In this document: in pieces, positions 37,662-44,906 of the stretch | How the letters are laid out: each line of letters starts with the position of its first letter | How positions within the stretch are numbered: the first letter of the stretch is position 1 | Source: a virus | Taxonomy: Duplodnaviria; Caudoviricetes | DNA length: 52,282 nucleotides | Direction: 5' to 3' (one strand) | IMG/VR virus record: IMGVR_UViG_3300006789_000002 | Span: 1-52,282 of that record | Translations under genes and position numbers: made by a program | The notes under the pieces: generated by a model | The model's input: the letters and a program-made list of their open reading frames with translations, nothing else | Database searches by the model: none | Told to the model about the DNA's origin: nothing

Positions 37662-37983
37662 AAATTTTCATCAACAACTAAGAGATATAATACCAAAAAT
37701 ATCAGAGGCTAGGGTTAACGTATTGAAGGCGGACGTTGGTCTAAAGAGAGTATTCTGGAGAGAACTATGCATTGCTAAGGAAGACGGTGAGAGAAGTTAT
37801 AACTCACAGAAATCTAAAGCAGAAGCAACTGACGAATATGCACAGGCATCAATGAAAGTTGCGGTGGCTAAGGCATCACTTGACGCATTACAAACAGAGA
37901 AACTGGCGGTAGACATGCAGTTTGAAGAATGGAGAACTAAAATGGCAAACTTAAGATCAGAGAGGAATAGATATGGGGCATGA
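37648..37983 (+). CDS. Coiled-coil hypothetical protein
   Basis: Overlaps dnaB end; ..EEWRT...R pattern. Confidence 0.6.
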   Translation: MGSSENFHQQLRDIIPKISEARVNVLKADVGLKRVFWRELCIAKEDGERSYNSQKSKAEATDEYAQASMKVAVAKASLDALQTEKLAVDMQFEEWRTKMANLRSERNRYGA

Positions 37984-38131
37984 TAATTTTAAAAGCTTTT
38001 GTAGAATGATGCATGAGGAATGCAGATCAGAAAGAAGAAGGCATAACGAAAAAGAAATTAGTTTTGAGGACTACATCAAGACTAACAACAAAATGTTATT
38101 AAAGAAGTATGCAGGGCAGATCGCCAAATAA
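37973..38131 (+). CDS. Hypothetical protein (52 aa, not in ORF track)
   Basis: GAGG RBS; MGHDNFKSFCRMMHEEC...; fills the gap. Confidence 0.55.
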   Translation: MGHDNFKSFCRMMHEECRSERRRHNEKEISFEDYIKTNNKMLLKKYAGQIAK

Positions 38132-38417
38132 AGAAGAACGTGATTGGATGGATTCTATATCTAACTTTGGATGTATAGTATGCCATCTTTTCTATGACTG
38201 CTACTCACCAGCGGAGGTTCATCATATAGATGGAAAAACAAAACCAAATGCACACTTGATGTCATTAAGTCTGTGTTACAAACATCACAGAGAAGGAATC
38301 AACAATGATCTTTATGTTTCACGGCATCCTTTCAAGCGGGAGTTTGAGAGAAGATATGGAAAGCAGACTGATCTTTTAAAGAAACTAAAGAATTTAATTA
38401 AGAGCAAAGGAGAATAA
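38109..38417 (+). CDS. Ref-family HNH recombination-enhancement nuclease
   Basis: GCIVC, AEVHHI, LCYKHHR, FERRYG. Confidence 0.8.
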   Translation: MQGRSPNKEERDWMDSISNFGCIVCHLFYDCYSPAEVHHIDGKTKPNAHLMSLSLCYKHHREGINNDLYVSRHPFKREFERRYGKQTDLLKKLKNLIKSKGE

Positions 38418-38418
38418 T

Positions 38419-38580
38419 ATGAAGTGTTGGCAATGTAATGAACAATTAATATGGGGTGGCGACCATACAGGAGAGGATTACGGTAATGAAGATTATCAAA
38501 TTGTAAGTAATTTATCTTGTCCTAAATGTGACGCACTGGTTCTTGTTTATCATCAAAAAAAAGAGGCTACAGATGAGTAA
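38419..38580 (+). CDS. Small zinc-finger protein (53 aa, not in ORF track)
   Basis: CWQC..LIWGGD...CPKC; AGGAG RBS. Confidence 0.65.
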   Translation: MKCWQCNEQLIWGGDHTGEDYGNEDYQIVSNLSCPKCDALVLVYHQKKEATDE

Positions 38581-38716
38581 TCATGGAGAATGGAGAGGAG
38601 GTAAGGGTTCTGTAAGAAGAAAATCTAACGATAAACTATATTCAGAAAACTGGGATAAGATTTTTAATAAAAAAAACAAGGAAGATAAATGCCAAAAAGA
38701 AAAAAAGAAAAAATAA
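38573..38716 (+). CDS. Small basic hypothetical protein
   Basis: GGKGSVRR...YSENWDKIF; GAGG RBS. Confidence 0.55.
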   Translation: MSNHGEWRGGKGSVRRKSNDKLYSENWDKIFNKKNKEDKCQKEKKKK

Positions 38717-38982
38717 ATTATAAGTACAACGAAGGCGAACTAATTAATGAGTTTGCAAAGTATGTAGATAAAACATATGAGCAACATTATTCCTTAAACA
38801 AGTTTCAGGCTACAGAATTTATTATGGACAGCGGTCATGGGGAGGGGTTCTGCATGGGTAATGTAATGAAATATGCACAACGCTATGGCAAAAAGGAAGG
38901 AAAGAACAGGGCTGATATACTTAAAGTAATTCATTATGGGTTCTTTGCATTGTATAACCACGACATGCAGAACAAGAAGTGA
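38689..38982 (+). CDS. DUF3310-like protein
   Basis: QHY...GFCMGNVMKYAQRYGKK..DILKVIHY. Confidence 0.75.
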   Translation: MPKRKKEKINYKYNEGELINEFAKYVDKTYEQHYSLNKFQATEFIMDSGHGEGFCMGNVMKYAQRYGKKEGKNRADILKVIHYGFFALYNHDMQNKK

Positions 38983-39272
38983 AACATGTTACCGTCTTTG
39001 GAGATATAGATTTGTTGAGCTACGCAAATGCAATAGCCAACATGCCTACACATGCAGATAGAAAAAAATATTTAGAAGATGTAGATGAAAAGTTTTATGA
39101 TTTGTTGTATCTTTTATCTATGCAGATGGGAATCTGCAATACCATTGCAAGGCTTTCGACTCGGGAAAAAAGAAAGAAAGCATGGGAAGAATTACCAGAT
39201 CACACCAGATCACTTAAAAGTATGAAGGAAATGGTCTATAGTAGAGTAGTTAGAAAATTTAAAAGGAGATAA
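38979..39272 (+). CDS. Hypothetical protein
   Basis: GTGA overlap with the upstream stop. Confidence 0.55.
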   Translation: MKHVTVFGDIDLLSYANAIANMPTHADRKKYLEDVDEKFYDLLYLLSMQMGICNTIARLSTREKRKKAWEELPDHTRSLKSMKEMVYSRVVRKFKRR

Positions 39273-39274
39273 TT

Positions 39275-39364
39275 ATGCCAAAAGGACCAGGAACATACGG
39301 ATCTAAAGTCGGAAGACCACCAATGAAAAAAGGTAAAAAGAAATCCGCTAAAAAGAAAAAGTAA
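39275..39364 (+). CDS. Very basic 29-aa peptide (not in ORF track)
   Basis: MPKGPGTYGSKVGRPPMKKGKKKSAKKKK; AGGAG RBS; TAATG coupling. Confidence 0.7.
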   Translation: MPKGPGTYGSKVGRPPMKKGKKKSAKKKK

Positions 39365-39549
39365 TGGCTTCTAAAAAGAAATCCACAGTCAACTCTGCGG
39401 GTAACTATACGAAACCAACCATGCGTAAGAACCTGTTTAATCGTATAAAGGCAGGATCAAAAGGTGGTAGAGCTGGTCAGTGGTCAGCAAGGAAAGCCCA
39501 GATGTTAGCAAAAATGTATCGAGCAAAGGGCGGAGGTTATAAGAAATGA
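39364..39549 (+). CDS. Basic protein, DUF5872-like N-terminal half
   Basis: YTKP.MR...KGG..GQWSARKAQ.LA..Y...GGGY. Confidence 0.7.
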   Translation: MASKKKSTVNSAGNYTKPTMRKNLFNRIKAGSKGGRAGQWSARKAQMLAKMYRAKGGGYKK

Positions 39550-39677
39550 TTGGTAAATTATTTGACAGGTTTATTGAGTGGACGCTTAACAGACAAGAAC
39601 AACACTTAATGCAAAAACCCAAGCCCAAGAGAAGAGTTTCAAGGGTAAGACGTAAGGCTAACGCCAAAAAGAAATAG
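39546..39677 (+). CDS. Basic 43-aa protein (not in ORF track)
   Basis: ATGA overlap, GGAGG upstream, Arg/Lys-rich C-terminus. Confidence 0.55.
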   Translation: MIGKLFDRFIEWTLNRQEQHLMQKPKPKRRVSRVRRKANAKKK

Positions 39678-39680
39678 GTT

Positions 39681-39923
39681 ATGCCGTTAAAGAAAACACA
39701 AAAGTCTTTAATTAGATGGACAAAACAAAAGTGGAGAACTGCTAGTGGTAAAAAATCTAGCAAGACTGGTGAGGTTTATGCACCAGCCAAGACCATTGCT
39801 AAGTTGAAGTCCACAGCCAAGGGTAGGAAGAAGCTATCTAAAGCAAACACAGTTAAAAGAAAAGCAACCGCAAAGGGCAAACAACATGCTAAACACGGAT
39901 TGCACAAGGGAAGAAAAAGATAA
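39681..39923 (+). CDS. Basic protein, DUF5872-like C-terminal half
   Basis: QKSL..WTKQKWRT...Y.P.K...K...GKQ. Confidence 0.65.
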   Translation: MPLKKTQKSLIRWTKQKWRTASGKKSSKTGEVYAPAKTIAKLKSTAKGRKKLSKANTVKRKATAKGKQHAKHGLHKGRKR

Positions 39924-40258
39924 TGGCTACAGTAAAAGATACTAAGAGAGTTTCAAACGGAGTCGTTTACAGGGGTAAGAAATACCCTGGGTTTAACAAA
40001 CCAAAAAGAAACAGTGGGTCAAGCAAACACAAGATGGAGGTTCTTGCTAAGAAGGGTAATGAAATCAAGGTCGTCAGATTTGGTCACAAAGACTATGGTC
40101 ATAATTACTCTAGTAAAGCTAGGGACAACTATCTTAAACGATCCGCAGGAATCAAGAACAAATCTGGTGGGCTTACGAAGGATGATAAGTTCTCTGCAAA
40201 CCACTGGGCGAGAAAAGTATTATGGGCAGGCAAAGGCGGAAAGAAAAAGAGTCCCTAA
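39923..40258 (+). CDS. Basic conserved phage protein
   Basis: KVVRFG..Y...R.NY..R...KFSANHWARKVLW. Confidence 0.65.
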   Translation: MATVKDTKRVSNGVVYRGKKYPGFNKPKRNSGSSKHKMEVLAKKGNEIKVVRFGHKDYGHNYSSKARDNYLKRSAGIKNKSGGLTKDDKFSANHWARKVLWAGKGGKKKSP

Positions 40259-40306
40259 AACGTATCTTAGATGAATTAATTTACAATTTCGTTTATCATA
40301 ATAGGT

Positions 40307-40474
40307 GTGATCTTATATAGCGAACAGGAATTACATACTGCCTACAGGAAATATGTAGCCTCGTTTAAAGAAACCCCACATTTAATTATCCCAACCTTTA
40401 AAGAATTTAGAGAAATCTATGAAGAGTATTGGGACTGGTACTTTAGCAATGAGCAAAAAAGAAGAACTCATTAA
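40307..40474 (+). CDS. Hypothetical protein (55 aa, GTG start, not in ORF track)
   Basis: ILYSEQELHTAY...PTFKEFREIYEE; fills the gap. Confidence 0.45.
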   Translation: MILYSEQELHTAYRKYVASFKETPHLIIPTFKEFREIYEEYWDWYFSNEQKRRTH

Positions 40475-40646
40475 TCTATTTAAAGAAAAGGGATTCGAGA
40501 GAGTTTCTCTTCGATGGATTCCAACAAACCCCTACGGCAAAAGACACAAGTTGACTGGATGGATTTACAGAATATCTGGTGACGATGAGTGGTCTGTTCT
40601 TGGGAAAAACTTTGAGGATTCATCAAGGGCTATCGATCTCTTATAA
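40449..40646 (+). CDS. Hypothetical protein
   Basis: Last rightward ORF before the terminator. Confidence 0.5.
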   Translation: MSKKEELINLFKEKGFERVSLRWIPTNPYGKRHKLTGWIYRISGDDEWSVLGKNFEDSSRAIDLL

Positions 40647-40684
40647 ACAAAAAAGCGGAGTAAGGACCCCGCTTTATTTTTGTT
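40646..40684. terminator. Bidirectional intrinsic terminator between convergent operons
   Basis: AAAAAAGCGG-agtaaggacc-CCGCTTTATTTTT. Confidence 0.65.
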
Positions 40685-40688
40685 CGAT

Positions 40689-40838
40689 CTATTTTTTCTT
40701 TCTGTGTTCCTCCTCATAAGTAGTAAACCTTTTCTTACATCTCAGGCATTCCCTTCGTCTTTTGATGATCTCTCCATCAATGATCTTACGGACATCAACA
40801 ACCCTTGATCCTGATCCACATTCTGAACAAGTCATCAT
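40689..40838 (-). CDS. Stand-alone NrdR-type zinc-ribbon protein (49 aa, not in ORF track)
   Basis: [43 protein letters not shown] matches the NrdR N-terminal C-x2-C...V-x-D-x-R...RRREC-x2-C-x2-RFTTYE; GGAGG RBS; ATGA coupling. Confidence 0.85.
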   Translation of the reverse strand: MMTCSECGSGSRVVDVRKIIDGEIIKRRRECLRCKKRFTTYEEEHRKKK

Positions 40839-41164
40839 TCCACCTCCCAAGGTTCATAGTTTTGAAGATCATCTTCGTGATAGTATTCCATGCTCCAGAT
40901 CGTTCTAGCATCCCACTTACAAGAAAAAATACCAGAGTCCTTTAGATCATAAAAAAGATTCCAAAATTTCTCACGTCTTTTTTGAACAACAGAACTTCCA
41001 AAGTCCGAACAAATCATATGTCCAATATCTCTTTTATTCTGAGCATCTAGGAACTTTGCTACTCTGTGCCTATCTTTCCAATCTATTGGAATGATCTTGT
41101 TGATAGAACTCATCCCAAACTTTGACATATCTCCAGAGACTGAAGCCAAACATAACTTAATCAT
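40835..41164 (-). CDS. Hypothetical early protein
   Basis: GGAGG RBS before ATG 41164. Confidence 0.6.
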   Translation of the reverse strand: MIKLCLASVSGDMSKFGMSSINKIIPIDWKDRHRVAKFLDAQNKRDIGHMICSDFGSSVVQKRREKFWNLFYDLKDSGIFSCKWDARTIWSMEYYHEDDLQNYEPWEVE

Positions 41165-41660
41165 TACGCACCTCCTCTGGTCTATATTCCCAAACATCGT
41201 AGTCACCAATGAGCTCACTAGTAACAACATCAAGCAGGGCTTTGGATAGCCAATAAGCGTCAGACTGCATCCAATCTTCATGCTCACATGACTGGTACAT
41301 ATAACAATTAATCATTCCGTAAAGGTCCTTAGTACTTACTCTAGGGTAGCCCTTAGTTCTTGACTGACATTGATTGACATAAAGTAGGATCATACTTTCA
41401 TCAAACTCATTGTCCTCGCCCTCAGGGTTCCATGTAAAGAAACTCTTCCAGCTATCAGGATATCTAGCCTGTAGGCTTGTAACATTAGCCCTTGCTAGTA
41501 TCTCAACCGCCTCCTGCGGGGAAGAAAAAGAAATCTTCTCCTTCGTAACCAAGTTATAGGCATGACTAACAATCTTGTCACTAGACATGGGCACACTACC
41601 GTTACCAAAGAACTTACCCATCTCACCCATATGATCAGCATTACATAAAAACGCACTCAT
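41157..41660 (-). CDS. Conserved hypothetical early protein
   Basis: MSAF.C, NV.SL.ARY, CY.YQSCEH..W..SDA; GGAGGTG RBS. Confidence 0.7.
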   Translation of the reverse strand: MSAFLCNADHMGEMGKFFGNGSVPMSSDKIVSHAYNLVTKEKISFSSPQEAVEILARANVTSLQARYPDSWKSFFTWNPEGEDNEFDESMILLYVNQCQSRTKGYPRVSTKDLYGMINCYMYQSCEHEDWMQSDAYWLSKALLDVVTSELIGDYDVWEYRPEEVRND

Positions 41661-41869
41661 TATTTCACCTCCTTGATTAAAACTGTTCGCATTATTTCTT
41701 CTACGCCATCAGCAATATTGCAGAACTCGTCTTGTTTCTCTTCTGTCTTGGTGCCATCATCATTATAGATTGGGTCAATTGATGAATACTCTAAGACATA
41801 GTCAGAAAGTCTAGCGTAGAGCTCAACCCACTTTTCAGCGGGTAAAGTTATTTTATTAATCCCGTCCAT
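41660..41869 (-). CDS. Hypothetical acidic early protein
   Basis: GGAGGTGAAATAATG coupling. Confidence 0.65.
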   Translation of the reverse strand: MDGINKITLPAEKWVELYARLSDYVLEYSSIDPIYNDDGTKTEEKQDEFCNIADGVEEIMRTVLIKEVK

Positions 41870-42009
41870 TATTTCACCTCCCTTAGTGTTTCATGATCTT
41901 CTTCAGTTGATTCACCATCCAAGACTCTTGATAGAGCCTTGAGCTGGTCCGTGTTTAGATTATCCAATACATCTAAATTGAATATTCCTAAGTTATTAAA
42001 TTGGTCCAT
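41869..42009 (-). CDS. Hypothetical early protein (46 aa, not in ORF track)
   Basis: MDQFNNLGIFNLDVLD...; GGAGGTGAATAATG coupling. Confidence 0.6.
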   Translation of the reverse strand: MDQFNNLGIFNLDVLDNLNTDQLKALSRVLDGESTEEDHETLREVK

Positions 42010-42191
42010 TATTCACCTCCTAGTGTTATTAAACCTTGTTCTATTAAACCCATTGCAGTTCTACCAAACCAGCCCTGAAGTTGCCAAGCAAGACCAGTGT
42101 CAACTAAATGTTGCCATGCCTCCCTGACTTGATCCTCATGATCAGCTGGAATGAATCCCTCTGCAATACCTACAGCTGTGTAATTATCCAT
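42009..42191 (-). CDS. Conserved small early protein
   Basis: AWQHLVDTGLAWQLQGWFGRTA motif; TAATG coupling gives start 42191. Confidence 0.7.
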   Translation of the reverse strand: MDNYTAVGIAEGFIPADHEDQVREAWQHLVDTGLAWQLQGWFGRTAMGLIEQGLITLGGE

Positions 42192-42298
42192 TATGATTGA
42201 CCCCCAAAAGCTAAAGCGTATGCCAGTGCAATTGATAGGGCTATTGGCGTACATATTATGATTGCGAACAACGTGTAAGTAAGTCTATCTATATCCAT
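42191..42298 (-). CDS. Single-TM peptide (35 aa, not in ORF track)
   Basis: MDIDRLTYTLFAIIICTPIALSIALAYALAFGGQS; GAGGTG RBS. Confidence 0.55.
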   Translation of the reverse strand: MDIDRLTYTLFAIIICTPIALSIALAYALAFGGQS

Positions 42299-42300
42299 TG

Positions 42301-42480
42301 TTACACCTCTCTCTTTAATGCAACCCACTCAAACTTGTAACCAAGCTTCTTGAGAAGATTTAGATCAAGATCAGAAAAGGTCTTGGTTCCCTTGAAAGAT
42401 GCAAGCATCTTGCCTTGGATACAGGCTGGATAAACAAGCTCATTTCCAAATACGTTTTTTATTATCAGTTCTATTGTCAT
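42301..42480 (-). CDS. Hypothetical early protein (59 aa, not in ORF track)
   Basis: MTIELIIKNVFGNELVYPAC...GTKTF...LKKLGY; AGGAGG RBS directly after hammerhead C. Confidence 0.7.
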   Translation of the reverse strand: MTIELIIKNVFGNELVYPACIQGKMLASFKGTKTFSDLDLNLLKKLGYKFEWVALKREV

Positions 42481-42501
42481 ATTTCCTCCTACGGTTTGTT
42501 T

Positions 42502-42569
42502 GACTAAGACCTCCTCGATTCGCGGGGAAAAGAGAAGGTTTCGACCAATCAGGTCATCATCAGTTAGCC
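42502..42569 (-). ncRNA. Type I hammerhead ribozyme C
   Basis: GGCUAA-CUGAUGA-U-GACC(UGAUU)GGUC-GAAA-CCUUCUC(15 nt)GAGGAGG-UC|UUAGUC. Confidence 0.85.
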
Positions 42570-42952
42570 TATGAGTGAAAGAACATATCCCAGCTACGAA
42601 CTATGTCGTATACGTTGTACTCAGAACCATTCTTGATAGCCTCAGCAAGATCATTGAAGACCGCCTTTCTATACTCATACCTGTCAGGCTTGTTGATGGT
42701 GTAGCCCTTGTCCATGAAGTAGGCATAGCTTTCTATGATCCCATAATCCTTGGACTGCTCTTTGGTGATCCATTTAGCCATGTCTTCTGCTTGATCATGA
42801 AAAGATTTTTTGAGCTCAACATATTTCAAGAAGTTGCCGTGGTTGATTAAAGACAATTCATCCTTATCAGCTGTACCCATAATCTTAGTAGCAATAGCCA
42901 TTTCTTTTTCCCAAGTTAGTTGAGCATCAGTTTTAGTATTTAGTTTTGTCAT
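42569..42952 (-). CDS. Hypothetical early protein between hammerheads B and C
   Basis: AGGAGGT RBS; stop codon abuts hammerhead C. Confidence 0.75.
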   Translation of the reverse strand: MTKLNTKTDAQLTWEKEMAIATKIMGTADKDELSLINHGNFLKYVELKKSFHDQAEDMAKWITKEQSKDYGIIESYAYFMDKGYTINKPDRYEYRKAVFNDLAEAIKNGSEYNVYDIVRSWDMFFHS

Positions 42953-42976
42953 ATTTACCTCCTAAGTAATTGTTTT

Positions 42977-43028
42977 GACTAAGACTCCCCGTGGGGAGTT
43001 TCGCTCACTAAGAGCTCATCAGTTAGCC
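42977..43028 (-). ncRNA. Type I hammerhead ribozyme B
   Basis: GGCUAA-CUGAUGA-GCUC(UUAGU)GAGC-GAAA-CUCCC(CACG)GGGAG-UC|UUAGUC. Confidence 0.93.
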
Positions 43029-43516
43029 TATTCTCCATCAAAGTAAGCTGTCCAAGACCTCTCCAAGTTGAAGGTAAGTGTATGAGTTTTGCCATTATTA
43101 TATGTATCGCCTTGAGACATAAAAACTGAGTCAAAATAATTTCTTTGAGAAAAGTGATCCATCGCCTGACGCTCTAAAGCCCCCATGAATCCCTCAAACC
43201 TTTCAGCGTGCTCAGATGGAATCTCACTTGTAAATCTAGCAGAATATATGTGCCTCACACAGTCATCTCCACGATTGATGTTTTGTGCTGTAAAGTTGGT
43301 CATGAAAGCCCAGTCAAGATCAACACCTCTTAGTCCAAGCTTGTTATATGCAAATTCAAATATCTCATTATGAAACCACATAAGGATGTTGTCATAGTCC
43401 TCCCATCCATCAAGTCCGCTTTTATAAAAAGCAGTTCGCCCTGCATAATGCTTATCAGTTGGATCAAGCGTTGTGCTGTTGTTTATTAGTTCTAGTTTTT
43501 TTGTTAATGTTGTCAT
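43028..43516 (-). CDS. Hypothetical early protein between hammerheads A and B
   Basis: AGGAGG RBS; stop codon abuts hammerhead B. Confidence 0.75.
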   Translation of the reverse strand: MTTLTKKLELINNSTTLDPTDKHYAGRTAFYKSGLDGWEDYDNILMWFHNEIFEFAYNKLGLRGVDLDWAFMTNFTAQNINRGDDCVRHIYSARFTSEIPSEHAERFEGFMGALERQAMDHFSQRNYFDSVFMSQGDTYNNGKTHTLTFNLERSWTAYFDGE

Positions 43517-43537
43517 ATTCCCTCCTACGGTTTGTTT

Positions 43538-43587
43538 GACTAAGACGCCTCACGGCGTTTCGCTCATTAAGAGCTCATCAGTTAGTC
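43538..43587 (-). ncRNA. Type I hammerhead ribozyme A
   Basis: GACUAA-CUGAUGA-GCUC(UUAAU)GAGC-GAAA-CGCC(GUGA)GGCG-UC|UUAGUC. Confidence 0.95.
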
Positions 43588-44052
43588 TTATCTATAGTAA
43601 GCATCAAAGGCTGGTGATAAGTGTCTTGGAGTATTTTTTCTCTCCATAAACTTAGTGCCACAAACTTTATTAGTGCGTTCAACCATTGGTTCGTTTTCAT
43701 AAAAGTAGTCGTAAGTCACCACCTCTGAATTGCAAAGATTCTGATAGGCACTCCAGTCGCTATTCCATTGCTTCATCTCTTCGCGATGGGCATCTCTCCC
43801 TTCCTGTGTTGCATACTGGTTAGGACCATTAACCTCTTCTGTGTATCTTCCAGTTTCATAAAGATTGTTGATGTAAGAGTGAGTGTCATTAAGATCATCT
43901 TCAAACCATCCCAAATGATGTTTCTTCATTCTAGTAAGATAGCTTTTAGCTTTAGCTGGAGTATCCCACTCCTTACGCTTGCAATATCTAAACCCAGTTT
44001 TTGGGTTATATATCACGTAAGTTACTGATTTGTCGTTATTTATTGTTGTCAT
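43588..44052 (-). CDS. First gene of the early operon, hypothetical
   Basis: AAGGAGG RBS before ATG 44052; AKAKSYLTR and VERTN..G.KF.E..NTP...SP..YY motifs. Confidence 0.75.
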   Translation of the reverse strand: MTTINNDKSVTYVIYNPKTGFRYCKRKEWDTPAKAKSYLTRMKKHHLGWFEDDLNDTHSYINNLYETGRYTEEVNGPNQYATQEGRDAHREEMKQWNSDWSAYQNLCNSEVVTYDYFYENEPMVERTNKVCGTKFMERKNTPRHLSPAFDAYYR

Positions 44053-44092
44053 AAGTGCCTCCTTTGGCTGTTTGTTTGTAAACAATGAATAC

Positions 44093-44122
44093 ATATTAAT
44101 GCCATACTATATGTAGTGTCAA
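44093..44122 (-). promoter_or_regulatory. Sigma70 promoter of the early operon
   Basis: TTGACA (44122-44117)-18 nt-TAATAT, A/T-rich upstream. Confidence 0.7.
44104..44119. promoter_or_regulatory. Putative NrdR box overlapping the -35 element and spacer
   Basis: ATACTATATGTAGTGT matches the consensus acaCwAtATaTwGtgt at 14/16 positions; single copy. Confidence 0.6.
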
Positions 44123-44215
44123 CAAATTTCTGCAATTATTTTTTTGATCTATAGAAATGTTTGTCTTGATCCTGTATCTTTATTTCATCATCAACAGAAC
44201 TTTTATTTGAAGGCA

Positions 44216-44485
44216 ATGGATACATCAGGAATAGAAATGCGTATAGCAAACCTTGAGAAACATATGGAAGAGGTCCTTTCATTTGTAAGGCACATACCAG
44301 TGCTTGAAGAAAGAGTTGGGAGATCATTGAGTCAGTCTTCAGATCATGAGATCAGACTAAGGACTCTTGAGAAATCACAGATGAGAGATAACGTGCAATC
44401 CAAGTGGGCTGAAAGAATTATTGGCGGTGTTGCAATTGGTTCTATCATGGGTATTGGCGGAGCAATATTTACTTATGTTCTTTAA
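44216..44485 (+). CDS. Coiled-coil protein with C-terminal TM (holin/lysis accessory-like)
   Basis: RIANLE..RLRTLE heptads, terminal hydrophobic helix; directly upstream of the putative endolysin. Confidence 0.55.
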   Translation: MDTSGIEMRIANLEKHMEEVLSFVRHIPVLEERVGRSLSQSSDHEIRLRTLEKSQMRDNVQSKWAERIIGGVAIGSIMGIGGAIFTYVL

Positions 44486-44906
44486 GAAAAATGATCAAGC
44501 GGACGCAACGCTGGAGAGATTCGCATACTTGCCTGATGGAACTCTTGGCAAACTAACAATAGATGATCAAGTCTTTTGGATCGCAGAGCGTCCTTGGCGG
44601 GGAAATAAAAAAGAGATCAGCTGTATACCAACTGGCACATATACATGTAAGGCATATACATCAAAAAGATTTGGCAACACATTCGAGATCACAGACGTAG
44701 AAGACAGAACATACATACTATTCCATGTAGGAAACTTCCCTGAGAAGGACTCACACGGATGTCTTCTTGTAGGCGAGAGCTTAATGAAGGGAACCACCGC
44801 AGTATCATCAAGCAAGGTGGCAATGAAACGATTCAGGGAAACACTTAAAGATGTTGAAGAGTTCGAGATCGAAGTCAAAGACACCACACCATACGACTGG
44901 TCATAA
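44475..44906 (+). CDS. DUF5675-like protein (L,D-transpeptidase-like putative endolysin)
   Basis: TLGKL..ERPW..N..SCIPTGTY...RTYILFHVGN...DSHGCLLVG. Confidence 0.75.
   Translation: MFFKKNDQADATLERFAYLPDGTLGKLTIDDQVFWIAERPWRGNKKEISCIPTGTYTCKAYTSKRFGNTFEITDVEDRTYILFHVGNFPEKDSHGCLLVGESLMKGTTAVSSSKVAMKRFRETLKDVEEFEIEVKDTTPYDWS

Noticed and set aside
42502-43587. Repeats read as a CRISPR array or as terminators; TTCCCCGCG resembles a type I-E repeat fragment
   Set aside because: Spacing is gene-sized, there are no cas genes and no U-tracts; the hammerhead core and covariation explain the repeats
44053-44215. Longer upstream starts given by the ORF track (44094 minus, 44144 plus)
   Set aside because: They overlap the promoter region; the RBS supports 44052, and 44216 is the more plausible plus-strand start
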